From: the human T2T-CHM13v2.0 reference genome, Homo sapiens | Assembly: GCF_009914755.1 (NCBI RefSeq) | Contig: NC_060948.1 | DNA: 64,000 bases | Reading direction: 5' to 3' (one strand) | Shown here: in pieces, positions 42,001-55,100 of the stretch | Numbering within the stretch: position 1 is the first letter of the stretch | Layout of the letters: each line of letters starts with the position of its first letter | Notes under the pieces: generated by a model | Database searches by the model: none | What the model was told of the DNA's origin: nothing | What the model saw: the letters and a program-made list of their open reading frames with translations, nothing else | Program-made: the position numbers and the translations under genes

Positions 42001-43109
42001 GGAATGGAATTGAATGGAACGGAATAGAGTCGAATGGAATTGAATGGAATGGAATGGACTAGAGTGAAATGGAATCGAACCACAAGGAATGGACAGGAAT
42101 AGAATGGTCTCGAATTGAATGGAATCGTATGGAATGGCATCAAACGGAATGGAAAGGACAGCCACGGAATGGAATGCACTCGAATGCAACGGAGTCGAAA
42201 TTAATGGACTGGAATAGAATGGACTCGACTGGTACGGACTCCAATGGAATGGAATCGAATGGAAGGGAATCGAACGGAATGGACTCGAAGGGAAAAGACT
42301 GCAATGGAAAGGTCTCGAATGGAATGGAAATTAATGGAATGGAATGGAATCGAATGAAATGGAGTCAAAAGGAATGGAATCGAATGGCAAGAAATCGAAT
42401 GTAATGGAATCGCAAGGAATTGATGTGAACGGAACGGAATGGAATGGAATCCAAAGGAATGGAATAGAATGGAATGGAATCGAATGGAAAGGACTGGAAT
42501 GGAAATCACTCGAATAGAATGCAATTTAATAAAATAGGGTCAAATGTAATGGAATGGAATGGAAAGGAATCGAAACGAAAGGAATGGAGACAGATGGAAT
42601 GGAATGGGACAGAGAGCAATGGTATAGAATGGAATGGAATCATCTGGAATGGAATTGAATGGAATGGAATAATATGAAATGGAATGGAATGGAATGGAAT
42701 GGAATGCCCTTGAATTAAATGGACTGGAATGGAATGGACTCGAACAGAGTGGAATGGAAAGTGTGGAGATAGAATGGAATGGACTCTTTTGGAATGGTCT
42801 AGTATGCAATGCAATCGACTGGCAGGGAATCAAAAGGAATGTAATCGAATGGATTAGACTGGAATGCAATGGACTCGAATAGATTGGAAACGGAATGCAA
42901 AGGAATGGAATGGAATAGTATGGAATGGAATGGAAAGGAATGGAGTGGAATAGACTAGAGTGGAATGGAATGGACTGGAAAGCAATGGACTGGAATGGAA
43001 CTTTCTTGAATGGACTGGAATCAAACGGAATGGAATGCAATGCAATCAAATGGCATGGAATAAAATAGAATGAAAGAGAATCAAATGGAATTGAATCGAA
43101 TGGAATCGA
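18075..43109 (+). repeat. DYZ1 units U6-U12 (3588, 3564, 3594, 3579, 3579, 3578, 3553 bp), mostly lineage B
   Basis: Anchors at 18075, 21663, 25227, 28821, 32400, 35979, 39557, 43110. Shared alleles GTAGATGGGATTGG, GTCATGGGAT, GCAACCCAATAG, GAACTTTA, GGATTCAAAAGG, ATCGTAC. The 15 bp duplication (GGAAGGGAATCGAAC)2 is present in U6-U11. Confidence 0.9.
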
Positions 43110-46100
43110 ATGGATTGGAAAGGAATAGAATGGAATGGAACGGAATTGACTCAAATGGAATGGACTAGAATGGAATGGATTCGAATGGAAGGCAAAGGAA
43201 TGGAATCTATTGGAATGGACTGTAATGGAATGGAATGGAAGGGATTGGAATGGACTCGAATGGAATGGACTGCAATAGAAAGGATTCGAATGGAATGAAA
43301 AAGAGTTGAATGGAATAGAACAGAATGGAATCAAATCGAATGAAATGGAATGGAATAGAAAGGAATGGAATGAAATGGAATGGAAAGGATTCGAATGGAA
43401 TGCAATCGAATGGAATGGAATCGAACGGAATGGAATAAAATGGAAGAAAACTGGCAAGAAATGGAATCGAAATGAATGGAGTGTTATTGAACGGACTCAA
43501 AAGGAATTGAATGTAATAGAATGGAGTGGAGTGGACTCGAATATAATGGACTGGAATGGAATGAAATCACATGGAATGGGAACGAATGGAATGGAATGGA
43601 AAGGAATGGAATCGAATGGAAAGGAATCGAATGGAAGGGAATGAAATTGAATCAACAGGAATGGAAGGGAATAGAATAGACGGTAATGGAATGGACTCGA
43701 ATAGAATGGACACGAATGCTCAAATTGAATGGACTCGAATGGAATGGAAACGAAAGGAATGTCATCGAATGGAATTGAATCGATTGGAATGAAATCGCAT
43801 AGAATGGAGTGGAATCAAATGGAATTGAATCGAAAGGAAAGGAAGCGAATGGACTGAAATGAAATGGAATGGAATTGAATGGAAAGTAATGCAATGGAAT
43901 AGAATGGAACGAAATTTCACGGAATGGAATCAAACTGAATGGAATCAAATCAATGGAATCAAATCAAATGGAATGGAAAGGAATTGAATGGAGTAGATTG
44001 GATTGGATGGGATTGGAATGAAATGTACTGGAAAGGACTCGAATTTCATGAAACGGAATGGAATGAATTGGAACGGAATGGACTCGAATGGAATGGAATG
44101 TCATGGAATGGCATCAAATGGAATGGCATCAAATGGAATGGAATCGAATGCAATGGAATGCTATGGAATGGAATGGAATGCATTGGAATGGAATGTCCTC
44201 TAATGGAATGGATTCGAGTGGAATGGAATCGAATATAATGGAGTCGAATGAAAAGGAATTGAAAGGAATGGGATCGAATACAATGGAATATACTGGAATG
44301 TAATGTAATGAACTCGAATGTAATTGACTGGAATGGAATGTACATGAATGGAATGTAATCGAATGGAAAGTAATCCAATGGAATAGAATCTAATGCAATA
44401 AAATCGACTCAGATAGAGTAGAATGTAATGGAATGGAGTGCAGTGCAATGGAATGGAATGGAATGGAATGCAATGGAATGGAATGGAATGGAATGGAATG
44501 GAATGGAATGGAATGGAATGGGATGGAATGGTATGGAATGGATAGTAATGGACTGGAATGAAATGGACTGGAAAAGAATGGACTCAAATTGAAAGGGCTC
44601 GAAAGGAATGGAGTCAAATGGAATGGTCTGGAATGGAATGAACACGAATGTAATGCAATCCAATAGAATGGAATCGAATGGCATGGAATATAAAGAAATG
44701 GAATCGAAGAGAATGGAAACAAATGGAATGGAATTGAATGGAATGGAATTGAATGGAATGGGAACGAATGGAGTGAAATTGTATGCAGTAGAAGAGAATA
44801 GAATGGAATTCAAGCGAAAGGAAAGGAATGGATTGCAATGGATTGGAATTCATTGGAATGGAAGGGAATGTAGTGTAATGGACAGGCCTGGAATAAAGTG
44901 GAATGTTACGGTCTCGAATGGAATAAAAATGTATGGAATGGAATGCAATGAAACGGAATCGAATGTCATAGAATGTAATGGAATGCAAAAAAATGGAATC
45001 CAAAATCATTGACAGGAAAGGCTGGGTGTCGAAAGGAATTGACTCCAATGGAATGGAATCGAATGGAATGGAAGTGAATAGAATCGAACTAAATCGAATG
45101 GAATGGAATTGATAGGAACGGAATGGAAAGGAATGCAATGATTTGGCATGGAATGGAATCGAATGGCATCGAATGGAATGCAATGGAATGGAATGTATTA
45201 GAATGTAATGAACTTTAATGGAATGCACTCGAATGGATTCGACTGGAATGGAATGTTCTGGAAGTGAATGGACTCCAATGGAATGGATTCAAAAGGAATG
45301 GAATCGTACGGAATGGAATCTAATGGAATGGAATTAAATGGAAATGAATCAAATTGAATAGCACGGAATTGAATTGAAAGGAATGGAATGCAATGGAATC
45401 TAATGAAACGGAAAGGAAAGGAATGGAATGGAATGGAATGGGCTGGAATGGAAAGGAATCGAAACGAATGGAATGGAATTGAAGTGAAGAGACTGCAATG
45501 GAATGCACTGGAATGGAAGGTTCTCGAAAAAAATGGAATCGAATGGAATGGAATTGAATGGAACGGAATAGTGTCGAATGGAATTGAATGGAATGGAATG
45601 GACTAGAGTGAAATGGAATCGAACCACAAGGAATGGACAGGAATAGAATGGTCTCGAATTGAATGGAATCGTATGGAATGGCATCAAACGGAATGGAATG
45701 GACAGCCACGGAATGGAATGCACTCGAATGCAATGGAGTCGAAACTAATGGACTGGAATAGAATGGACTCGACTGGTACGGACTCCAATGGAATGGAATC
45801 GAATGGAAGGGAATCGAATGGAAGGGAATCGAACGGAATGGACTCGAAGGGAAAAGACTGCAATGGAAAGGTCTCGAATGGAATGGAAATTAATGGAATG
45901 GAGTGGAATCGAATGAAATGGAGTCAAAAGGAATGGAATCGAATGGCAAGAAATCGAATGTAATGGAATCGCCAGGAATTGATGTGAACGGAACGGAATG
46001 GAATGGAATCCAAAGGAATGGAATAAAATGGAATGGAATCGAATGGAAAGGACTCGAATGGAAATCACTCGAATAGAGTGCAATTTAATAAAATAGGATC

Positions 46101-49100
46101 AAATGTAATGGAATGGAATGGAAAGGAATCGAAAGAAAGGAATGGAGACAGATGGAATGGAATGGAACAGAGAACAATGGTATAGAATGGAATGGAATCA
46201 TCTGGAATGGAATTGAATGGAATGGAATAATATGAAATGGAATGGAATGGAATGGAATGGAATGCCCTTGAATTAAATGGACTGGAATGGAATGGACTCA
46301 AACAGAGTGGAATGGAAAGTGTGGAGATAGAATGGAATGAACTCCTTTGGAATGGTGTAGTATGCAATGCAATCGACTGGCAGGGAATCAAAAGGAATGT
46401 AATCGAATGGATTGGACTGGAATGCAATGGACTCGAATAGATTGGAAACGGAATGCAAAGGAATGGAATGGAATAGTATGGAATGCAATGGAAGGGAATG
46501 GAGTGGAATAGACTAGAGTGGAATGGAATGGACTGGAAAGCAATGGACTGGAATGGAACTTTCTTGGATGGACTGGAATCAAACGGAATAGAATGCAATG
46601 CAATCAAATGGCATGGAATAAAATAGAATGAAAGAGAATCAAATGGAATTGAATCGAATGGAATCGAATGGACTGGAAAGGAATAGAATGGAATGGAATG
46701 GAATTGACTCAAATGGAATGGACTAGAATGGAATGGATTCGAATGGAAGGCAAAGGAATGGAATCTATTGGAATGGACTGTAATGGAATGGAATGGAAGG
46801 GATTGGAATGGACTCGAATGGAATGGACTGCAATAGAAAGGATTCGAATGGAATGAAAAAGAATTGAATGGAATAGAACAGAATGGAATCAAATCGAATG
46901 AAATGGAATGGAATAGAAAGGAATGGAATGAAATGGAATGGAAAGGATTCGAATGGAATGCAATCGAATGGAATGGAATCGAACGGAATGGAATAAAATG
47001 GAAGAAAACTGGCAAGAAATGGAATCGAAATGAATGGAGTGTTATGGAACGGACTCAAAAGGAATTGAATGTAATAGAATGGAGTGGAGTGGACTCGAAT
47101 ATAATGGACTGGAATGGAATGAAATCACATGGAATGGGAACGAATGGAATGGAATGGAAAGGAATGGAATCGAATGGAAAGGAATCGAATGGAAGGGAAT
47201 GAAATTGAATCAACAGGAATGGAAGGGAATAGAATAGACTGTAATGGAATGGACTCGAATAGAATGGACACGAATGCTCAAATTAAATGGACTCGAATGG
47301 AATGGAAACGAAAGGAATGTCATCGAATGGAATTGAATCGATTGGAATGAAATCGCATAGAATGGAGTGGAATCAAATGGAATTGAATCGAAAGGAAAGG
47401 AAGCGAATGGACTGAAATAAAATGGAATGGAATTGAATGGAAAGTAATGCAATGGAATAGAATGGAACGAAATTTCACGGAATGGAATCAAACTGAATGG
47501 AATCAAATCAATGGAATCAAATCAAATGGAATGGAAAGGAATTGAATGGAGTAGATGGGATTGGATGGGATTGGAATGAAATGTACTGGAAAGGACTCGA
47601 ATTTCATGAAACGGAATGGAATGAATTGGAACGGAATGGACTCGAATGGAATGGAATGTCATGGGATGGCATCAAATGGAATGACATCAAATGGAATGGA
47701 ATCGAATGCAATGGAATGCTATGGAATGGAATGGAATGCATTGGAATGGAATGTCCTCTAATGGAATGGATTCGAGTGGAATGGAATTGAATATAATGGA
47801 GTCGAATGAAATGGAATTGAAAGGAATGGGATCGAATACAATGGAATATACTGGAATGTAACGTAATGAACTCGAATGTAATTGACTGGAATGGAATGTA
47901 CATGAATGGAATGTAATCGAATGGAAAGTAATCGAATGGAATAGAATCTAATGCAATAAAATCGACTCAGATAGAGTAGAATGTAATGGAATGGAGTGCA
48001 GTGCAATGGAATGGAATGGAATGGAATGCAATGGAATGGAATGGAATGGAATGGAATGGAATGGAATGGAATGGGATGGAATGGTATGGAATGGATAGTA
48101 ATGGACTGGAGTGAAATGGACTGGAAAGGAATGGACTCAAATTGAAAGGTCTCGAAAGGAATGGAGTCAAATGGAATGGTCTGGAATGGAATGAACACGA
48201 ATGTAATGCAACCCAATAGAATAGAATCGAATGGCATGGAATAGAAAGAAATGGAATCGAAGAGAATGGAAACAAATGGAATGGAATTGAATGGAATGGG
48301 AACGAATGGAGTGAAATTGTATGCAGTAGAAGAGAATAGAATGGAATTCAAGCGAAAGGAAAGGAATGGATTGCAATGGAATGGAATTCATTGGAATGGA
48401 AGGGAATGTAGTGTAATGGACAGGCCTGGAATAAAGTGGAATGTTACGGTCTCGAATGGAATAAAAATGTATGGAATGGAATGCAATGAAACGGAATCGA
48501 ATGTCATAGAATGTAATGGAATGAAAAAAAATGGAATCCAAAATCATTGACTGGAAAGGCTGGGTGTCGAAAGGAATTGACTCCAATGGAATGGAATCGA
48601 ATGGAATGGAAGTGAATAGAATCGAACTAAATCGAATGGAATGGAATTGATAGGAACGGAATGGAAAGGAATGCAATGATTTGGCATGGAATGGAATCGA
48701 ATGGCATCGAATGGAATGGAATGGAATGCAATGGAATGGAATGTATTAGAATGTAATGAACATTAATGGAATGTACTCGAATGGATTCGACTGGAATGGA
48801 ATGTTCTGGAAGTGAATGGACTCCAATGTAATGGATTCGAAAGGAATGGAATCGAACGGAATGGAATCTAATGGAATGGAATTAAATGGAAATGAATCAA
48901 ATTGAATAGCACGGAATTGAATTGAATGGAATCGAATGCAATGGAATCTAATGAAACGGAAAGGAAAGGAATGGAATGGAATGGAATGGGCTGGAATGGA
49001 AAGGAATCGAAACGAATGGAATGGAATCGAACTGAAGAGACTGGAATGGAATGCACTGGAATGGAAGGGAGTGTAATGGAAGGTTCTCGAAAATAATGGA

Positions 49101-52100
49101 AGCAAATGGAATGGAATTGAATGGAACGGAATAGAGTCGAATGGAATTGAATGGAATGGAATGGACTAGAGTGAAATGGAATCGAACCACAAGGAATGGA
49201 CAGGAATAGAATGGTCTCGAATTGAATGGAATCGTATGGAATGGCATCAAACGGAATGGAATGGACAGCCACGGAATGGAATGCACTCGAATGCAATGGA
49301 GTCGAAACTTATGGACTGGAATAGAATGGACTCGACTGGTACGGACTCCAATGGAATGGAATCGAATGGAAGGGATTCGAACGGAATGGACTCGAAGGGA
49401 AAAGACTGCAATGGAAAGGTCTCGAATGGAATGGAAATTAATGGAATGGAATGGAATCGAATGAAATGGAGTCAAAAGGAATGGAATCGAATGGCAAGAA
49501 ATCGAATGTAATGGAATCGCAAGGAATTGATGTGAACGGAACGGAATGGAATGGAATCCAAAGGAATGGAATAGAATGGAATGGAATCGAATGGAAAGGA
49601 CTCGAATGGAAATCACTCGAATAGAATGCAATTTAATAAAATAGGATCAAATGTAATTGAATGGAATGGAAAGGAATCGAAACGAAAGGAATGGAGACAG
49701 ATGGAATGGAATGGAACAGAGAGCAATGGTATAGAATGGAATGGAATCATCTGGAATGGAATTGAATGGAATGGAATAATATGAAATGGAATGGAATGGA
49801 ATGGAATGGAATGCCCTTGAATTAAATGGACTGGAATGGAATGGACTCGAACAGAGTGAAATGGAAAGTGTTGAGATAGAATGGAATGGACTCTTTTGGA
49901 ATGGTCTAGTATGCAATGCAATCGACTGGCAGGGAATCAAAAGGAATGTAATCGAATGGATTAGACTGGAATGCAATGGACTCGAATAGATTGGAAACGG
50001 AATGCAAAGGAATGGAATGGAATAGTATGGAATGGAATGGAAAGGAATGGAGTGGAATAGACTAGAGTGGAATGGAATGGACTGGAAAGCAATGGACTGG
50101 AATGGAACTTTCTTGAATGGACTGGAATCAAACGGAATGGAATGCAATGCAATCAAATGGCATGGAATAAAATAGAATGAAAGAGAATCAAATGGAATTG
50201 AATCGAATGGAATCGAATGGATTGGAAAGGAATAGAATGGAATGGAATGGAATTGACTCAAATGGAATGGACTAGAATGGAATGGATTCGAATGGAAGGC
50301 AAAGGAATGGAATCTATTGGAATGGACTGTAATGGAATGGAATGGAAGGGATTGGAATGGACTCGAATGGAATGGACTGCAATAGAAAGGATTCGAATGG
50401 AATGAAAAAGAGTTGAATGGAATAGAACAGAATGGAATCAAATCGAATGAAATGGAATGGAATAGAAAGGAATGGAATGAAATGGAATGGAAAGGATTCG
50501 AATGGAATGCAATCGAATGGAATGGAATCGAACGGAATGGAATAAAATGGAAGAAAACTGGCAAGAAATGGAATCGAAATGAATGGAGTGTTATGGAACG
50601 GACTCAAAAGGAATTGAATGTAATAGAATGGAGTGGAGTGGACTCGAATATAATGGACTGGAATGGAATGAAATCACATGGAATGGGAACGAATGGAATG
50701 GAATGGAAAGGAATGGAATCGAATGGAAAGGAATCGAATGGAAGGGAATGAAATTGAATCAACAGGAATGGAAGGGAATAGAATAGACGGTAATGGAATG
50801 GACTCGAATAGAATGGACACGAATGCTCAAATTGAATGGACTCGAATGGAATGGAAACGAAAGGAATGTCATCGAATGGAATTGAATCGATTGGAATGAA
50901 ATCGCATAGAATGGAGTGGAATCAAATGGAATTGAATCGAAAGGAAAGGAAGCGAATGGACTGAAATGAAATGGAATGGAATTGAATGGAAAGTAATGCA
51001 ATGGAATAGAATGGAACGAAATTTCACGGAATGGAATCAAACTGAATGGAATCAAATCAATGGAATCAAATCAAATGGAATGGAAAGGAATTGAATGGAG
51101 TAGATTGGATTGGATGGGATTGGAATGAAATGTACTGGAAAGGACTCGAATTTCATGAAACGGAATGGAATGAATTGGAACGGAATGGACTCGAATGGAA
51201 TGGAATGTCATGGAATGGCATCAAATGGAATGGCATCAAATGGAATGGAATCGAATGCAATGGAATGCTATGGAATGGAATGGAATGCATTGGAATGGAA
51301 TGTCCTCTAATGGAATGGATTCGAGTGGAATGGAATCGAATATAATGGAGTCGAATGAAAAGGAATTGAAAGGAATGGGATCGAATACAATGGAATATAC
51401 TGGAATGTAATGTAATGAACTCGAATGTAATTGACTGGAATGGAATGTACATGAATGGAATGTAATCGAATGGAAAGTAATCCAATGGAATAGAATCTAA
51501 TGCAATAAAATCGACTCAGATAGAGTAGAATGTAATGGAATGGAGTGCAGTGCAATGGAATGGAATGGAATAGAATGCAATGGAATGGAATGGAATGGAA
51601 TGGAATGGAATGGAATGGAATGGAATGGAATGGAATGGGATGGAATGGTATGGAATGGATAGTAATGGACTGGAATGAAATGGACTGGAAAAGAATGGAC
51701 TCAAATTGAAAGGGCTCGAAAGGAATGGAGTCAAATGGAATGGTCTGGAATGGAATGAACACGAATGTAATGCAATCCAATAGAATGGAATCGAATGGCA
51801 TGGAATATAAAGAAATGGAATCGAAGAGAATGGAAACAAATGGAATGGAATTGAATGGAATGGAATTGAATGGAATGGGAACGAATGGAGTGAAATTGTA
51901 TGCAGTAGAAGAGAATAGAATGGAATTCAAGCGAAAGGAAAGGAATGGATTGCAATGGAATGGAATTCATGGGAATGGAAGGGAATGTAGTGTAATGGAC
52001 AGGCCTGGAATAAAGTGGAATGTTACGGTCTCGAATGGAATAAAAATGTATGGAATGGAATGCAATGAAACGGAATCAAATGTCATAGAATGTAATGGAA

Positions 52101-55100
52101 TGCAAAAAAATGGAATCCAAAATCATTGACAGGAAAGGCTGGGTGTCGAAAGGAATTGACTCCAATGGAATGGAATCGAATGGAATGGAAGTGAATAGAA
52201 TCGAACTAAATCGAATGGAATGCAATTGATAGGAACGGAATGGAAAGGAATGCAATGATTTGGCATGGAATGGAATCGAATGGCATCGAATGGAATGCAA
52301 TGGAATGGAATGTATTAGAATGTAATGAACTTTAATGGAATGTACTCGAATGGATTCGACTGGAATGGAATGTTCTGGAAGTGAATGGACTCCAATGGAA
52401 TGGATTCAAAAGGAATGGAATCGTACGGAATGGAATCTAATGGAATGGAATTAAATGGAAATGAATCAAATTGAATAGCACGGAATTGAATTGAATGGAA
52501 TGGAATGCAATGGAATCTAATGAAACGGAAAGGAATGGAATGGAATGGAATGGGCTGGAATGGAAAGGAATCGAAACGAATGGAATGGAATCGAACTGAA
52601 GAGACTGCAATGGAATGCACTGGAATGGAAGGTTCTCGAAATAAATGGAATCGAATGGAATGGAATTGAATGGAACGGAATAGTGTCGAATGGAATTGAA
52701 TGGAATGGAATGGACTAGAGTGAAATGGAATCGAACCACAAGGAATGGACAGGAATAGAATGGTCTCGAATTGAATGGAATCGTATGGAATGGCATCAAA
52801 CGGAATGGAATGGACAGCCACGGAATGGAATGCACTCGAATGCAATGGAGTCGAAACTAATGGACTGGAATAGAATGGACTCGACTGGTACGGACTCCAA
52901 TGTAATGGAATCGAATGGAAGGGAATCGAACGGAAGGGAATCGAACGGAATGGACTCGAAGGGAAAAGACTGCAATGGAAAGGTCTCGAATGGAATGGAA
53001 ATTAATGGAATGGAGTGGAATCGAATGTAATGGAGTCAAAAGGAATGGAATCGAATGGCAAGAAATCGAATGTAATGGAATCGCCAGGAATTGATGTGAA
53101 CGGAACGGAATGGAATGGAATCCAAAGGAATGGAATAGAATGGAATGGAATCGAATGGAAAGGACTCAAATGGAAATCACTCGAATAGAATGCAATTTAA
53201 TAAAATAGGATCAAATGTAATGGAATGGAATGGAAAGGAATCGAAAGAAAGGAATGGAGACAGATGGAATGGAATGGAACAGAGAACAATGGTATAGAAT
53301 GGAATGGAATCATCTGGAATGGAATTGAATGGAATGGAATAATATGAAATGGAATGGAATGGAATGGAATGGAATGCCCTTGAATTAAATGGACTGGAAT
53401 GGAATGGACTCAAACAGAGTGGAATGGAAAGTGTGGAGATAGAATGGAATGAACTCCTTTGGAATGGTGTAGTATGCAATGCAATCGACTGGCAGGGAAT
53501 CAAAAGGAATGTAATCGAATGGATTGGACTGGAATGCAATGGACTCGAATAGATTGGAAACGGAATGCAAAGGAATGGAATGGAATAGTATGGAATGCAA
53601 TGGAAGGGAATGGAGTGGAATAGACTAGAGTGGAATGGAATGGACTGGAAAGCAATGGACTGGAATGGAACTTTCTTGAATGGACTGGAATCAAACGGAA
53701 TGGAATGCAATGCAATCAAATGGCATGGAATAAAATAGAATGAAAGAGAATCAAATGGAATTGAATCGAATGGAATCGAATGGATTGGAAAGGAATAGAA
53801 TGGAATGGAATGGAATTGACTCAAATGGAATGGACTAGAATGGAATGGATTCGAATGGAAGGCAAAGGAATGGAATCTATTGGAATGGACTGTAATGGAA
53901 TGGAATGGAAGGGATTGGAATGGACTCGAATGGAATGGACTGCAATAGAAAGGATTCGAATGGAATGAAAAAGAATTGAATGGAATAGAACAGAATGGAA
54001 TCAAATCGAATGAAATGGAATGGAATAGAAAGGAATGGAATGAAATGGAATGGAAAGGATTCGAATGGAATGCAATCGAATGGAATGGAATCGAACGGAA
54101 TGGAATAAAATGGAAGAAAACTGGCAAGAAATGGAATCGAAATGAATGGAGTGTTATGGAACGGACTCAAAAGGAATTGAATGTAATAGAATGGAGTGGA
54201 GTGGACTCGAATATAATGGACTGGAATGGAATGAAATCACATGGAATGGGAACGAATGGAATGGAATGGAAAGGAATGGAATCGAATGGAAAGGAATCGA
54301 ATGGAAGGGAATGAAATTGAATCAACAGGAATGGAAGGGAATAGAATAGACGGTAATGGAATGGACTCGAATAGAATGGACACGAATGCTCAAATTAAAT
54401 GGACTCGAATGGAATGGAAACGAAAGGAATGTCATCGAATGGAATTGAATCGATTGGAATGAAATCGCATAGAATGGAGTGGAATCAAATGGAATTGAAT
54501 CGAAAGGAAAGGAAGCGAATGGACTGAAATGAAATGGAATGGAATTGAATGGAAAGTAATGCAATGGATTAGAATGGAACGAAATTTCACGGAATGGAAT
54601 CAAACTGAATGGAATCAAATCAATGGAATCAAATCAAATGGAATGGAAAGGAATTGAATGGAGTAGATGGGATTGGATGGGATTGGAATGAAATGTACTG
54701 GAAAGGACTCGAATTTCATGAAACGGAATGGAATGAATTGGAACGGAATGGACTCGAATGGAATGGAATGTCATGGGATGGCATCAAATGGAATGACATC
54801 AAATGGAATGGAATCGAATGCAATGGAATGCTATGGAATGGAATGGAATGCATTGGAATGGAATGTCCTCTAATGGAATGGATTCGAGTGGAATGGAATC
54901 GAATATAATGGAGTCGAATGAAATGGAATTGAAAGGAATGGGATCGAATACAATGGAATATACTGGAATATAACGTAATGAACTCGAATGTAATTGACTG
55001 GAATGGAATGTACATGAATGGAATGTAATCGAATGGAAAGTAATCCAATGGAATAGAATCTAATGCAATAAAATCGACTCAGATAGAGTAGAATGTAATG

